A DNA stretch of 61,606 nt, filler included. It is 4 parts of 4 records of this genome, joined end to end, with 100 filler letters (N's around TTAATTAATTAA, not from the genome) between each part and the next. Parts side by side here need not be neighbours in the genome. Positions count along the whole stretch, not along the records: positions 36,939 to 61,606 come from DRR723986_6954; 3 more parts are not named here. One strand, written 5' to 3'. The stretch's first letter is position 1. Every line of letters begins with the position of its first letter. The notes below the pieces were generated by a model. The model was not told the origin of the DNA and searched no databases. It saw only the letters and a list, made by a program, of their open reading frames with translations. The translations under genes and the position numbers were made by a program. This document shows, piece after piece, positions 47,707 through 55,766 of this stretch.

Positions 47707-47970
47707 TTACTGCGGAGGATCGGCAGCTTCCTCCATCGCCTCACCGGCCTCGTCGATCGCACCATCGATGTCATCGGCAGCATCGTCCATGGCGTCGGCC
47801 ATTTCGTCCGCGGCCTCATCAATGGACTCGCCGATCGTATCGGGCTGGTCGATGTTATCGATCGCCTCATCGATCGACTCACCTGCTTCTTCCATCGGGC
47901 CTTCATTGGTGTCGCAGGAGGCGAGGATACCGGTCGCGGCAAGTGCAGCAGCAATAATCTTCATACGCAT
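47707..47970 (-). CDS. Small acidic repeat lipoprotein
   Basis: AAAGGAG RBS; lipobox LASC; GPMEEAGESIDEA...IGESIDEA... Asp/Glu/Ala repeats. Confidence 0.8.
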   Translation of the reverse strand: MRMKIIAAALAATGILASCDTNEGPMEEAGESIDEAIDNIDQPDTIGESIDEAADEMADAMDDAADDIDGAIDEAGEAMEEAADPPQ

Positions 47971-48005
47971 CTCAAATCTCCTTTGATGATGTGCCCCCTT
48001 TAGAG

Positions 48006-48827
48006 TCACGCTGATACAACGCCCGGCGGACGCAACTGTTCCATCCTTGAGAGATTCCAGACGCTATTTGTTTTCGGCGCAAAACTGTTTCCCTCATAAC
48101 TGAGAGCAGACACGCTCATGACGCTTCCTTCGAAGTCAAGCACATTGAAAGAGGGCGGGACATCGCGAAGACGCATCGAAAGCGTTCCCGACGTCACGGC
48201 GACATAACTCCCTTCGGGGACACGGATCATCTCTGCCTGCGGGGCATGAACGTGTCCGGTGAGCAGCACATTGACAGGGCTGCCTCCGAGACGCTTGCTC
48301 GCGCGGTGCCCTCGCCGGGTGGCTGTTTGCAACGGGGTGTCTGTCGGCGGAATGAATGGATGGTGGCAACTGAGCAAGCGGATGTCTTCGGCAGCGTCCT
48401 GCTGCAGAATGCCATCCAGATCTTCAAGATCCACGGACCCTTCCGCCCAGTTTCGCCGCGCCTGCCAGCCGCGGGCTGTATTCAACCCGTCGATCCGGAT
48501 GTTTCCCATACGCAATGGGAAGGAAAACTCGGAAAGGTATTTTTCATAGCGCCCGAAGGGGTTGAGCACGCGGTGATGCAACTGGAACATCGGCGTGTCG
48601 TGATTGCCGGGCGTGCAGGCACACGGCAGGCCGAGCCCCCGCAACCACTGCTGGGCCGCCTCGAACTCCCGGCGTTTCCCGCTTTGCGTGAAGTCGCCTG
48701 AAACAACCGCCGCATGTGGTGCAACCTGTTTGATATATCTGGCGGCGGCGTCGAGTATGCGGGGATCAGCGGCCCCGAAGTGAATGTCTGCAAGATGTAC
48801 AAGCCTCAATGGCTCGTCCCCGCACAC
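48006..48827 (-). CDS. Calcineurin-like metallophosphoesterase (CpdA/Icc-like)
   Basis: ADIHFG, SGDFTQ, PGNHD, HHP, GHVH. Confidence 0.9.
   Translation of the reverse strand: MCGDEPLRLVHLADIHFGAADPRILDAAARYIKQVAPHAAVVSGDFTQSGKRREFEAAQQWLRGLGLPCACTPGNHDTPMFQLHHRVLNPFGRYEKYLSEFSFPLRMGNIRIDGLNTARGWQARRNWAEGSVDLEDLDGILQQDAAEDIRLLSCHHPFIPPTDTPLQTATRRGHRASKRLGGSPVNVLLTGHVHAPQAEMIRVPEGSYVAVTSGTLSMRLRDVPPSFNVLDFEGSVMSVSALSYEGNSFAPKTNSVWNLSRMEQLRPPGVVSA
48018..48042 (-). promoter_or_regulatory. Internal EcfG promoter for the lipoprotein-dps pair
   Basis: Perfect GGAAC-N16-CGTT inside the 3' end of the phosphoesterase gene. Confidence 0.8.
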
Positions 48828-49672
48828 AATACACGGGCCGCCTGGTCGATAAATTCGATATGGACCGGCGAGGTGAAAGTCACTTGTTCGCCGTCCAGTG
48901 TCGCCGGGATCTCCGCCCCGCCAAGATCATGCACTGTCACGCCGTTGGTCACATCGTGCTGTACCGGGCCGGCATCTTTCCAGCCATGAATCATGGCATC
49001 CAGCGCAGTGGAAAACAGCTCCATCGCGCTGTCTGGATCAATTGCTGCGACTTCAAATGTTGGAGACGGCCCGCTGGTAATGGCGACCGCAGCGGCAACA
49101 GCGCTGATTGTTTGTTCAGACAGGCCAGACTGGCCGTTTCGTGTCTTCCAGGCGAGCCTCAATCGAGTCTCAACGTCCAATACGTTTCCCTCAACAAGCG
49201 CCTGTGCAGCATCACGAAGCTCTCCCTTGCGAACGGCCTCTCGCGTTTCTGCCAATCCCGTCAGCCTGCCGAGCAGCGTAGCGATATAAAACCGTCTGTC
49301 TTCAATCTTGCCCGCGGCAATTGTTTCGACATTCGGTTTCGACAAAGCGCGATCAAGAATCTGATACCAGGTACCATCACCGTACAGGCGTTTCGGCAAC
49401 ATGTTCATTGTCCCGCCGGGCAGCGCGAGCACTGGGGGACCGGACATGCCGCAGGCCGTCAGAGCACAGGCCAACGTGCCGTCTCCACCCCAGACGATCA
49501 CGGCATCCGCATCACTGCCTGCAGCCGCGCGCAGATGTTTCTCGAGTTCGTCGGTCCCGCAATACAATTGCTTGATATCATGGCCAGACGCCTTGATCGC
49601 CGCTTCCAGCTCATCCGCCGCGCCTTTCGGCACGGTTCGGGACAGGGGATTGATGACCACTGCGAGTTTCAT
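48806..49672 (-). CDS. Diacylglycerol/sphingosine kinase family lipid kinase
   Basis: VINPLS, GGDGT, LPGGTMNML, LDGE; AAGGAG RBS before ATG 49672. Confidence 0.88.
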   Translation of the reverse strand: MKLAVVINPLSRTVPKGAADELEAAIKASGHDIKQLYCGTDELEKHLRAAAGSDADAVIVWGGDGTLACALTACGMSGPPVLALPGGTMNMLPKRLYGDGTWYQILDRALSKPNVETIAAGKIEDRRFYIATLLGRLTGLAETREAVRKGELRDAAQALVEGNVLDVETRLRLAWKTRNGQSGLSEQTISAVAAAVAITSGPSPTFEVAAIDPDSAMELFSTALDAMIHGWKDAGPVQHDVTNGVTVHDLGGAEIPATLDGEQVTFTSPVHIEFIDQAARVLCAGTSH

Positions 49673-49698
49673 GTCGGAATCTCCTTCAACAGAGTTCC

Positions 49699-49723
49699 AA
49701 CGCACCAGTTAAACGCATGTTCC
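49699..49723 (-). promoter_or_regulatory. EcfG promoter of the lipid kinase-phosphoesterase operon
   Basis: Perfect GGAAC-N16-CGTT. Confidence 0.85.
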
Positions 49724-49736
49724 ATGACACGACGCC

Positions 49737-49761
49737 GGAACCAGAGAGGCTTATGGGCGTT
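49737..49761 (+). promoter_or_regulatory. EcfG promoter pointing into 49768-50030
   Basis: Perfect GGAAC-N16-CGTT. Confidence 0.8.
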
Positions 49762-49769
49762 TCCAAGCC

Positions 49770-50009
49770 ATGACCAAATCGCCCACCACCCGCCTGAGCC
49801 CGATCTGCCACCTGCCTGTACGCTCAACCTGGCAGGCGACAGTGCTTTCATTGGGCCGCATTCGCGGACCGCGCGCGTTTGGAGCCCTGGCATCACTGAT
49901 GCTGGCAGGCATCCTGTCGCTCTTCACATGCCTTAAAGCTGGAAAGGCGAATTCTGTTGCCCAAGCAAGAAAAGGCACAGTCTTGTTGCTTGCCTACAGC
50001 AAAGTTTGA
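49770..50009 (+). CDS. Putative leaderless small membrane protein (79 aa), or sRNA
   Basis: ATG 8 nt after the -10 element, no RBS; hydrophobic AFGALASLMLAGILSLFTCL. Confidence 0.45.
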   Translation: MTKSPTTRLSPICHLPVRSTWQATVLSLGRIRGPRAFGALASLMLAGILSLFTCLKAGKANSVAQARKGTVLLLAYSKV

Positions 50010-50027
50010 GATCTTTTTAATCTGCAC

Positions 50028-50062
50028 AAAGAAAGAGCGCACCAGCTGGCACGCTCTCTCCT
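50028..50062 (-). terminator. Terminator downstream of the entericidin gene
   Basis: agagcg-caccagctggca-cgctct stem with an adjacent A-rich run (T-rich on the minus strand). Confidence 0.55.
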
Positions 50063-50078
50063 CCCCGATGTCGAAAGC

Positions 50079-50240
50079 CTAGTTCGACATCTCTTCCTTG
50101 ACTTCATCGGCCGTGTCTTCAATCGCGTCGCCACCAGCCTGGATATCTTCACCGGCGCCTGCAACAGTATTGCAGGCCGCAGCCATCAGCGTAATCAGTC
50201 CAAGACCAGCGAATTTCAGAGTAGTCTTAGCGGTGCTCAT
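50079..50240 (-). CDS. Entericidin A/B family lipoprotein
   Basis: [30 protein letters not shown]. Confidence 0.9.
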   Translation of the reverse strand: MSTAKTTLKFAGLGLITLMAAACNTVAGAGEDIQAGGDAIEDTADEVKEEMSN

Positions 50241-50273
50241 GAATATTTCCTTTCTGTCGAACCATGCATCAGC

Positions 50274-50298
50274 AACGTTCAGCAGACGGCATGGTTCC
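50274..50298 (-). promoter_or_regulatory. EcfG promoter of the entericidin gene
   Basis: Perfect GGAAC-N16-CGTT. Confidence 0.85.
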
Positions 50299-50311
50299 AG
50301 AAACTTTTCCC

Positions 50312-50336
50312 GGAACACTTCCTGGTCGGATCCGTT
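50312..50336 (+). promoter_or_regulatory. EcfG promoter of the DUF1328 gene
   Basis: Perfect GGAAC-N16-CGTT. Confidence 0.85.
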
Positions 50337-50385
50337 ATTTCATCATCGGCACCAACGCCGAAGAGAAATAACAAAGGAGACTATT

Positions 50386-50559
50386 ATGCTTGGCTGGGCC
50401 ATTGCATTTTTCATTCTCGCCATTGTCGCTGCTGTTCTCGGCTTTGGTGGTATCGCCGGCGCTTCTGCCGGTATCGCGCAGATCCTGTTCTTCGTCTTTC
50501 TTGCCCTCCTTGTGCTGACCTTTGTGGTCCGCGCGGTGAATGGGCGAAGCGTCACCTGA
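50386..50559 (+). CDS. DUF1328 (YtjA-like) small membrane protein
   Basis: [49 protein letters not shown]. Confidence 0.93.
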   Translation: MLGWAIAFFILAIVAAVLGFGGIAGASAGIAQILFFVFLALLVLTFVVRAVNGRSVT

Positions 50560-50585
50560 CCCGCGGTCACAGAAGACGCAAAGAC

Positions 50586-50614
50586 AAGGGGGTGCCCTGG
50601 CAGCGCCCCTTTTT
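50586..50614 (+). terminator. Intrinsic terminator after DUF1328
   Basis: aagggggtgc-cctggca-gcgccccttttt. Confidence 0.7.
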
Positions 50615-50753
50615 GGGTTCAATTGGATATTGCCGCCTAGCTCCACCCGCAATGGCAGGAACGCTGGAAACTGGATAGGTCATCGCGACCGGAAAAAAAT
50701 GCGCGACTTCATCACGGAAGGGAAGCGATCAAGTCCCTGATTGTGATGAATGA

Positions 50754-50827
50754 TGGAGCGGGTAGACGGAATCGAACCGACATACTCAGCTTGGAAGGCT
50801 GCTGCACTACCATTGTGCTATACCCGC
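50754..50827 (-). tRNA. tRNA-Gly (TCC)
   Basis: Reverse complement GCGGGTATAGCACAATGGTAGTGC...CCTTCCAAG...GGTTCGATTCC...CCCGCTCCA, 74 nt. Confidence 0.96.
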
Positions 50828-50852
50828 GCCGCAATCATGCAGCCGCCTGAGG

Positions 50853-50936
50853 TGGTGGAGGGAGCTGGATTCGAACCAGCGTACCTTGCGGACCAGATTT
50901 ACAGTCTGGCGGTTTTAACCACTCACCCATCCCTCC
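50853..50936 (-). tRNA. tRNA-Tyr (GTA)
   Basis: Reverse complement GGAGGGATGGGTGAGTGGTTAAAACC...GACTGTAAATC...long variable arm...GGTTCGAATCC...CCCTCCACCA. Confidence 0.96.
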
Positions 50937-51044
50937 ACGGGACCTCACGGGCTGCACGGCGTTGACGCCGTCCGACCGGGGCTTCACATAGGCGCCGCAG
51001 CACCGCCGATCCACACCGGAAGCGGCCTTATAAGGAAACACCAA

Positions 51045-51881
51045 ATGGCGCGCAACCATGGAAGACGGCGAAATGCACACGGCCGCCCGGGACGCCCGCA
51101 GGACGGCGCCTCGCCGCAAGGTCACCGCCCCGGCCCCCGACATCCCAACAAGGGCCACACAACCAGCGATTCAGGCGTCTGGATCTGGGGGATCCATGCC
51201 GTCGAAGCGGCCCTGGCCAACCCGGAGCGCAAGCTGATCGAGCTGCTGGCGACCGAAAATGCCGCGGCCCGCCTGCCCGCCGGCGCGCCGAAGCCGCAGA
51301 TTGTGACCGCCAAGGATATCGACCCGCAGCTGCCGCCCGGTTCGGTCCATCAGGGGCTCGCCCTGCGTGCAGAGCCGCTGGATCCGGTCGCGCTGGAAGA
51401 CCTGATCCATGAAGGCGTGGAGCGGATCGTGGTGCTGGACCAGGTGTCCGACCCCCACAATCTGGGCGCAATCTACCGCTCGGCCGCTGCCTTCGGCTTT
51501 GGGGCCCTGGTCCTTCAGACCCGGAATGCCCCGCCGATCACCGGAATCGTCGCCAAGAGTGCGGTCGGTGCCATCGAAACGGTGGCCGAGGCCCGGGTCG
51601 TGAACATTTCCCGTGCCCTCGAGCAGCTGGGCGAGGCGGGGTACCACACGATTGGCCTCGCCGGTGAGGGTGAGGCGGACATCGCGCAGGCCGTCAAAGG
51701 CGCCGGAAAGCTGGCCATCGTACTGGGCGCCGAAGGCCCGGGCCTCCGCCCCGGGGTCGCCAAGGCCTGCGCCGAACTTGCCCGCATCCCGATCAGCGCC
51801 GCCATGGAAAGCCTCAACGTGTCCAATGCTGCCGCAATTGCGTTTTACGAAGCAGCCCGGAACAGTTTTCCCGGGGGCTGA
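51045..51881 (+). CDS. rlmB: 23S rRNA Gm2251 methyltransferase RlmB (SpoU family)
   Basis: WGIHAVEAAL, HQGLAL, LDQVSDPHNLGAI.RSA, LGAEGPGLR, ESLNVSNAAAI; divergent from tRNA-Tyr. Confidence 0.9.
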   Translation: MARNHGRRRNAHGRPGRPQDGASPQGHRPGPRHPNKGHTTSDSGVWIWGIHAVEAALANPERKLIELLATENAAARLPAGAPKPQIVTAKDIDPQLPPGSVHQGLALRAEPLDPVALEDLIHEGVERIVVLDQVSDPHNLGAIYRSAAAFGFGALVLQTRNAPPITGIVAKSAVGAIETVAEARVVNISRALEQLGEAGYHTIGLAGEGEADIAQAVKGAGKLAIVLGAEGPGLRPGVAKACAELARIPISAAMESLNVSNAAAIAFYEAARNSFPGG

Positions 51882-51931
51882 ACCTCTGCTAGGGTCAACC
51901 CCGGATTCACCGTACGGAGCACGTGACCGCC

Positions 51932-52816
51932 ATGTTGAGATTCCTCTCCATCCTCGTCCTTCTCGCTGGCCTGCTCGTGGCGGGTTATGGCGGTTCGCGC
52001 CTGATGGAGGTGTATGCCCCGAAATCCGGAATGACGGTCGAGACGATGCCCGCCGAGGAACCGATCATGATGGACGATGTGACCGTCGAAGCACTGCCTG
52101 AAGCGGAAGCCCTGCCGCCGATCCCAGACGAAGAAATTCTGGCGGAAACGGCATCGGTTCCTTCTGTGTCCCGGTCACTGCCTGCTCCGACGCTGGACGA
52201 GCCCATGTTCGGTACAGAAGGCGTACCCGGCCGCGGCGCAGCAGATGCCGGAACCATGGCAGGCATCGAAGTGGCTCCGGATGTCATGGCGCCCACCTCG
52301 TCTGACGCCTTCCTCGAAAATCTGAAGACGGTGCCGGTCGCCCATGAGACGCCCAGCGCCGCAGAGTACAAGCGCCCCTTCGAAGCGGTCCTCGCCATTG
52401 ATGCAACGGGCGATTCTACAGCGGTCGACGCCCTGCCAGGCCATGGCAATATTTCCGAGGGCACTGCACAGGTGTCCAAGACCGTGGAAGCGCGCCTGTC
52501 AGGGTCAGGCTTCGCGATCAAGGCAATGACGCCTGAGCAACAGACCATCTCGCCGCTGACCGAGAACACCTGGCGCTGGTCGGTCACCCCACTGACCGCC
52601 GGCAATCAGGAACTCACTTTCGACATCTATGCCATTGATGACGGCCCGGCCGTTCCGCTGCGGACATTCCACAATACGGTGACGGTGAAGGTGACTGGCC
52701 TCAATCGCGCGATCGCCTTTGCCGATCAGGCCAATCCGCTGGCGGTGTTCCTTGGCGGGGTCGGCTCCGTGCTCGCCGGCCTGTTCGGCGCCATCAAGTT
52801 CGTCCGCCGCCGCTAG
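51932..52816 (+). CDS. Hypothetical membrane-anchored protein
   Basis: N-terminal TM, acidic Pro-rich linker, beta-rich domain (TWRWSVTPL.AG), C-terminal TM ending RRR. Confidence 0.72.
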   Translation: MLRFLSILVLLAGLLVAGYGGSRLMEVYAPKSGMTVETMPAEEPIMMDDVTVEALPEAEALPPIPDEEILAETASVPSVSRSLPAPTLDEPMFGTEGVPGRGAADAGTMAGIEVAPDVMAPTSSDAFLENLKTVPVAHETPSAAEYKRPFEAVLAIDATGDSTAVDALPGHGNISEGTAQVSKTVEARLSGSGFAIKAMTPEQQTISPLTENTWRWSVTPLTAGNQELTFDIYAIDDGPAVPLRTFHNTVTVKVTGLNRAIAFADQANPLAVFLGGVGSVLAGLFGAIKFVRRR

Positions 52817-52923
52817 AACATGCGGCAAGCCTGCCCGGATTGCCTGTCCGGGTTCAGGCTTCCGTTCCGCCTGGACAGGGGCCGCTTTGACTTTACGTTC
52901 AAAGGACGGTTTGACTGGCGGGT

Positions 52924-55758
52924 ATGAACAAGACGACTGCCACGCCGCCTCTGACCCCTGATGCTGCGCAGGAATTTCTGCGGGAACAGGCCCAGCGAAT
53001 CGATATCGACCCGATGACCAATTCGGTCTTCGCGCTCACCCAGACGCTGTTCCGGGATCTCGAAGATGGAAAAATCACTCAGGCCGACCTCGCAGCGCTG
53101 GCCAATGAAGTTCACCTTGAACTCATCAATGAGCGCGCCGAACGTTTCCGTGCCCAGCATGCCGGAGCGGATGAAACTGCCGCCTGGGCGCCGCTGGTCG
53201 CCCGGCTGGAGGAGATTGCCAAGGACGGGTTCGAAGCCTTCGCCGCCGCGATCGCGCAGGAACGCGGCGGGCTCGTCTTTACCGGCCACCCGACTTTTGC
53301 GCTGTCGATGGAGCTGCGCGCCGCCTTCGCCGCCCATGTCAGCAAGCCTACCAAAGCCAGCCGCACCCGTCTCGCCAAACTGATCAAGACCGACACCCGC
53401 GCCTGGAACCAGTCGATCAGCCTCTATGGAGAGCATGAGGAAGTGCAGGCGGCCCTCGAAAACGCCGCACACGCCCAGCGCAGGATGGCGGAGACTATCC
53501 TCCAGATTGCGAGGAAGACATTTCCGGACCGCTGGCGGGAGCTTCGCCCTGCCTTGCCAACCCTGGCATGCTGGGTCGGCTACGACCTCGACGGCCGGGC
53601 CGATATTCACTGGTCACAGTCCCTGACCTTCCGCCTGACTGAAAAAGCCGTGCAGCTGGAGCGCTACGCGGCACGCGCGCAGGACATTCTTTCCAGAGCG
53701 GGCAAGGCAGCGTGGCTGGATGGGTTGGCCAGGCACCTACGCAAGGCAGCGGCGCTGACACGAAAGCATGCTGATCTTTTCGCAAAGGACCTGACCAATG
53801 CGGACAATCTTGTGGCCGCAGCAAACGCAATCACCGAGCACGCGCCGCATACCATTCTGGACGCCGAGGAGATATTGCAGGGCCTCGATGAAGGCTTGCG
53901 CAATGCCAGCGACGATCTCGCTGCCGACCTGATCGCCTTCCGCGCCGAAGTCGAAGCTCAGCAACTGGGGACTGCGCGCATTCATTTGCGCGTCAACGCC
54001 GCTCAGGTCCGCACGGTGATCAATCGCGATCTTGGTCTCGAGACCGAGGACCGGGAACTTGGCCGGGTTGCACTGGCGGAGCTTGCCCTGAAGGCGCGCA
54101 AGTCAAAACCCGTGAAAGTGAATTTTGGCGACCTGTTCATGGAGCAGTCGACCGCCCGGCGTCAGTTCATGATGTGCGCCCAGATCCTGAAGCATATCGA
54201 TGCCGGATCGGTCATCCGCTTCCTGATCGCCGAGAGCGAGAACCCGGCCACGGTGATGGGGGCCCTGTACCTCGCGCGCCAGTACGGCGTCGATGAGATG
54301 CTGGACATCTCACCACTGTTCGAAACGCCCGAAGCGCTCGAAACGGGCGGGCGCTTTATCGAACGCCTGCTGGAGGAGCCGGAATTCCTCGCCTATGTGA
54401 AGCAGCGTGGATACCTCTCCATCCAGCTTGGCTTTTCCGATGCCGGACGGTTCATCGGACAGATCGCCGCCGACATGGCGATCGAGCGCATCCACAACCT
54501 CATCTCCCGGGCGCTGGCCGCCAAGAACGTTGGCGTGGACCTTCTGATCTTCAACACACACGGTGAGTCCATGGGGCGGGGTGCCTGGCCCGGCACATTC
54601 GAACAGCGCTTCGATCACCTGCTGACACCCTGGACCCGCGCCGGCGCGGAAATGCGCGGGCTGAAGCTTCGCCACGAGGTCAGCTTTCAGGGAGGGGATG
54701 GTTATCTCCATTTCGCTACCCCGGTCCTTGCCGACGCGACCATGGCGGCCTGGGGCGTGCACACTTTCCAGCCTGTGGACGAGACCTCGAGGAAAGACCC
54801 GTTCTATACGCGCACGGATCTCGTGTGGGACTTCTACCGCGCCCTGCGCGCCTGGCATGAGCGCCTGTTCGTGAACCCGGACTATGGCCGCCTGCTCGGC
54901 GCGTTCTCCAGCGGGCTGACGGTCAAGGCCGGGTCCCGCCCAAAGCGCAGGGCTGCCGGCCCTTCCGGCCCGCGCTCGCTGCGCGCGATTTCCCATAATG
55001 CGACCTTGCAGCAGCTGAGCGTTCCAGCGAATACCGCGGCCGGGATCGGCTCCTCCCTGCAACGCGAAACCGAGCGCCTGGTGAACCTGATCGATACCAG
55101 CCCCCGCATGCGGCACCTCGTTTTCCTCGCCGCAAAAGCCCGCGGCCTGACCAGCCTGCCCGCCCTTCGCGGCTACGCCAGCGTCTACGACCCCGGCGTC
55201 TGGATCGCCCATGCCCGGATGATGAAGACGGAAAGCGGCGCCGCCGCCTATAGGGCCGTCTACTACGCCCTACGGGCCGATGAGACAGCCGTTTCCATCA
55301 ACCGGATCGCCAACCTCCTGTCCGTGGATCTTCGCCGGTTTGACCGGCTGACGGCCCAACTACAGGATGCCCCGTCCACGGAAGAGCGTCATGAGAACCG
55401 CCTCGCCCTGCATGTGCTCCATGCCGTGCGCCAGGCCTTGATGATGCGGGCTTTCGCGCTCACCGGCAGCCTGCCGCGACTTTCAGAACGCCATGACACC
55501 AGCGCCCGCGATGTCGTCAACATGATCTCGGAAATGCGCTTTGCCGAAGTCGTGGAGCTGCTGGGTGAAATCTTCCCCCGTGCCCGGACCGAGGACACGC
55601 CTCTGCAGGCGCTGACGGAACCGGGCAGCCAGATGCGCAGCGCATCCTATGGCTACGAACGTATCCACAAGGACATCATCGATCCATTGGATGAGATCGG
55701 GCGCACCCTGCATGGCATCAGCCTCGCCATCACGCATGCCTATGGTGCATTCGGTTAG
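52924..55758 (+). CDS. ppc: Phosphoenolpyruvate carboxylase family protein (divergent)
   Basis: FTGHPT, WVGYDLDGR, SPLFET, LGFSDAGR, HGESMGRG, GSRPKRR, SLRAI. Confidence 0.8.
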   Translation: MNKTTATPPLTPDAAQEFLREQAQRIDIDPMTNSVFALTQTLFRDLEDGKITQADLAALANEVHLELINERAERFRAQHAGADETAAWAPLVARLEEIAKDGFEAFAAAIAQERGGLVFTGHPTFALSMELRAAFAAHVSKPTKASRTRLAKLIKTDTRAWNQSISLYGEHEEVQAALENAAHAQRRMAETILQIARKTFPDRWRELRPALPTLACWVGYDLDGRADIHWSQSLTFRLTEKAVQLERYAARAQDILSRAGKAAWLDGLARHLRKAAALTRKHADLFAKDLTNADNLVAAANAITEHAPHTILDAEEILQGLDEGLRNASDDLAADLIAFRAEVEAQQLGTARIHLRVNAAQVRTVINRDLGLETEDRELGRVALAELALKARKSKPVKVNFGDLFMEQSTARRQFMMCAQILKHIDAGSVIRFLIAESENPATVMGALYLARQYGVDEMLDISPLFETPEALETGGRFIERLLEEPEFLAYVKQRGYLSIQLGFSDAGRFIGQIAADMAIERIHNLISRALAAKNVGVDLLIFNTHGESMGRGAWPGTFEQRFDHLLTPWTRAGAEMRGLKLRHEVSFQGGDGYLHFATPVLADATMAAWGVHTFQPVDETSRKDPFYTRTDLVWDFYRALRAWHERLFVNPDYGRLLGAFSSGLTVKAGSRPKRRAAGPSGPRSLRAISHNATLQQLSVPANTAAGIGSSLQRETERLVNLIDTSPRMRHLVFLAAKARGLTSLPALRGYASVYDPGVWIAHARMMKTESGAAAYRAVYYALRADETAVSINRIANLLSVDLRRFDRLTAQLQDAPSTEERHENRLALHVLHAVRQALMMRAFALTGSLPRLSERHDTSARDVVNMISEMRFAEVVELLGEIFPRARTEDTPLQALTEPGSQMRSASYGYERIHKDIIDPLDEIGRTLHGISLAITHAYGAFG

Positions 55759-55766
55759 GACCGCAA

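Noticed and set aside
50079..50240. Entericidin toxin-antitoxin pair
   Set aside because: Only one entericidin-family gene is present; single copies are common stress lipoproteins.
50640..50936. tRNA-anchored integrative element
   Set aside because: No integrase, transposase or visible att repeat in this block.
50750..51158. ORFs 50750-50965 and 50835-51158
   Set aside because: They overlap the two tRNA genes.
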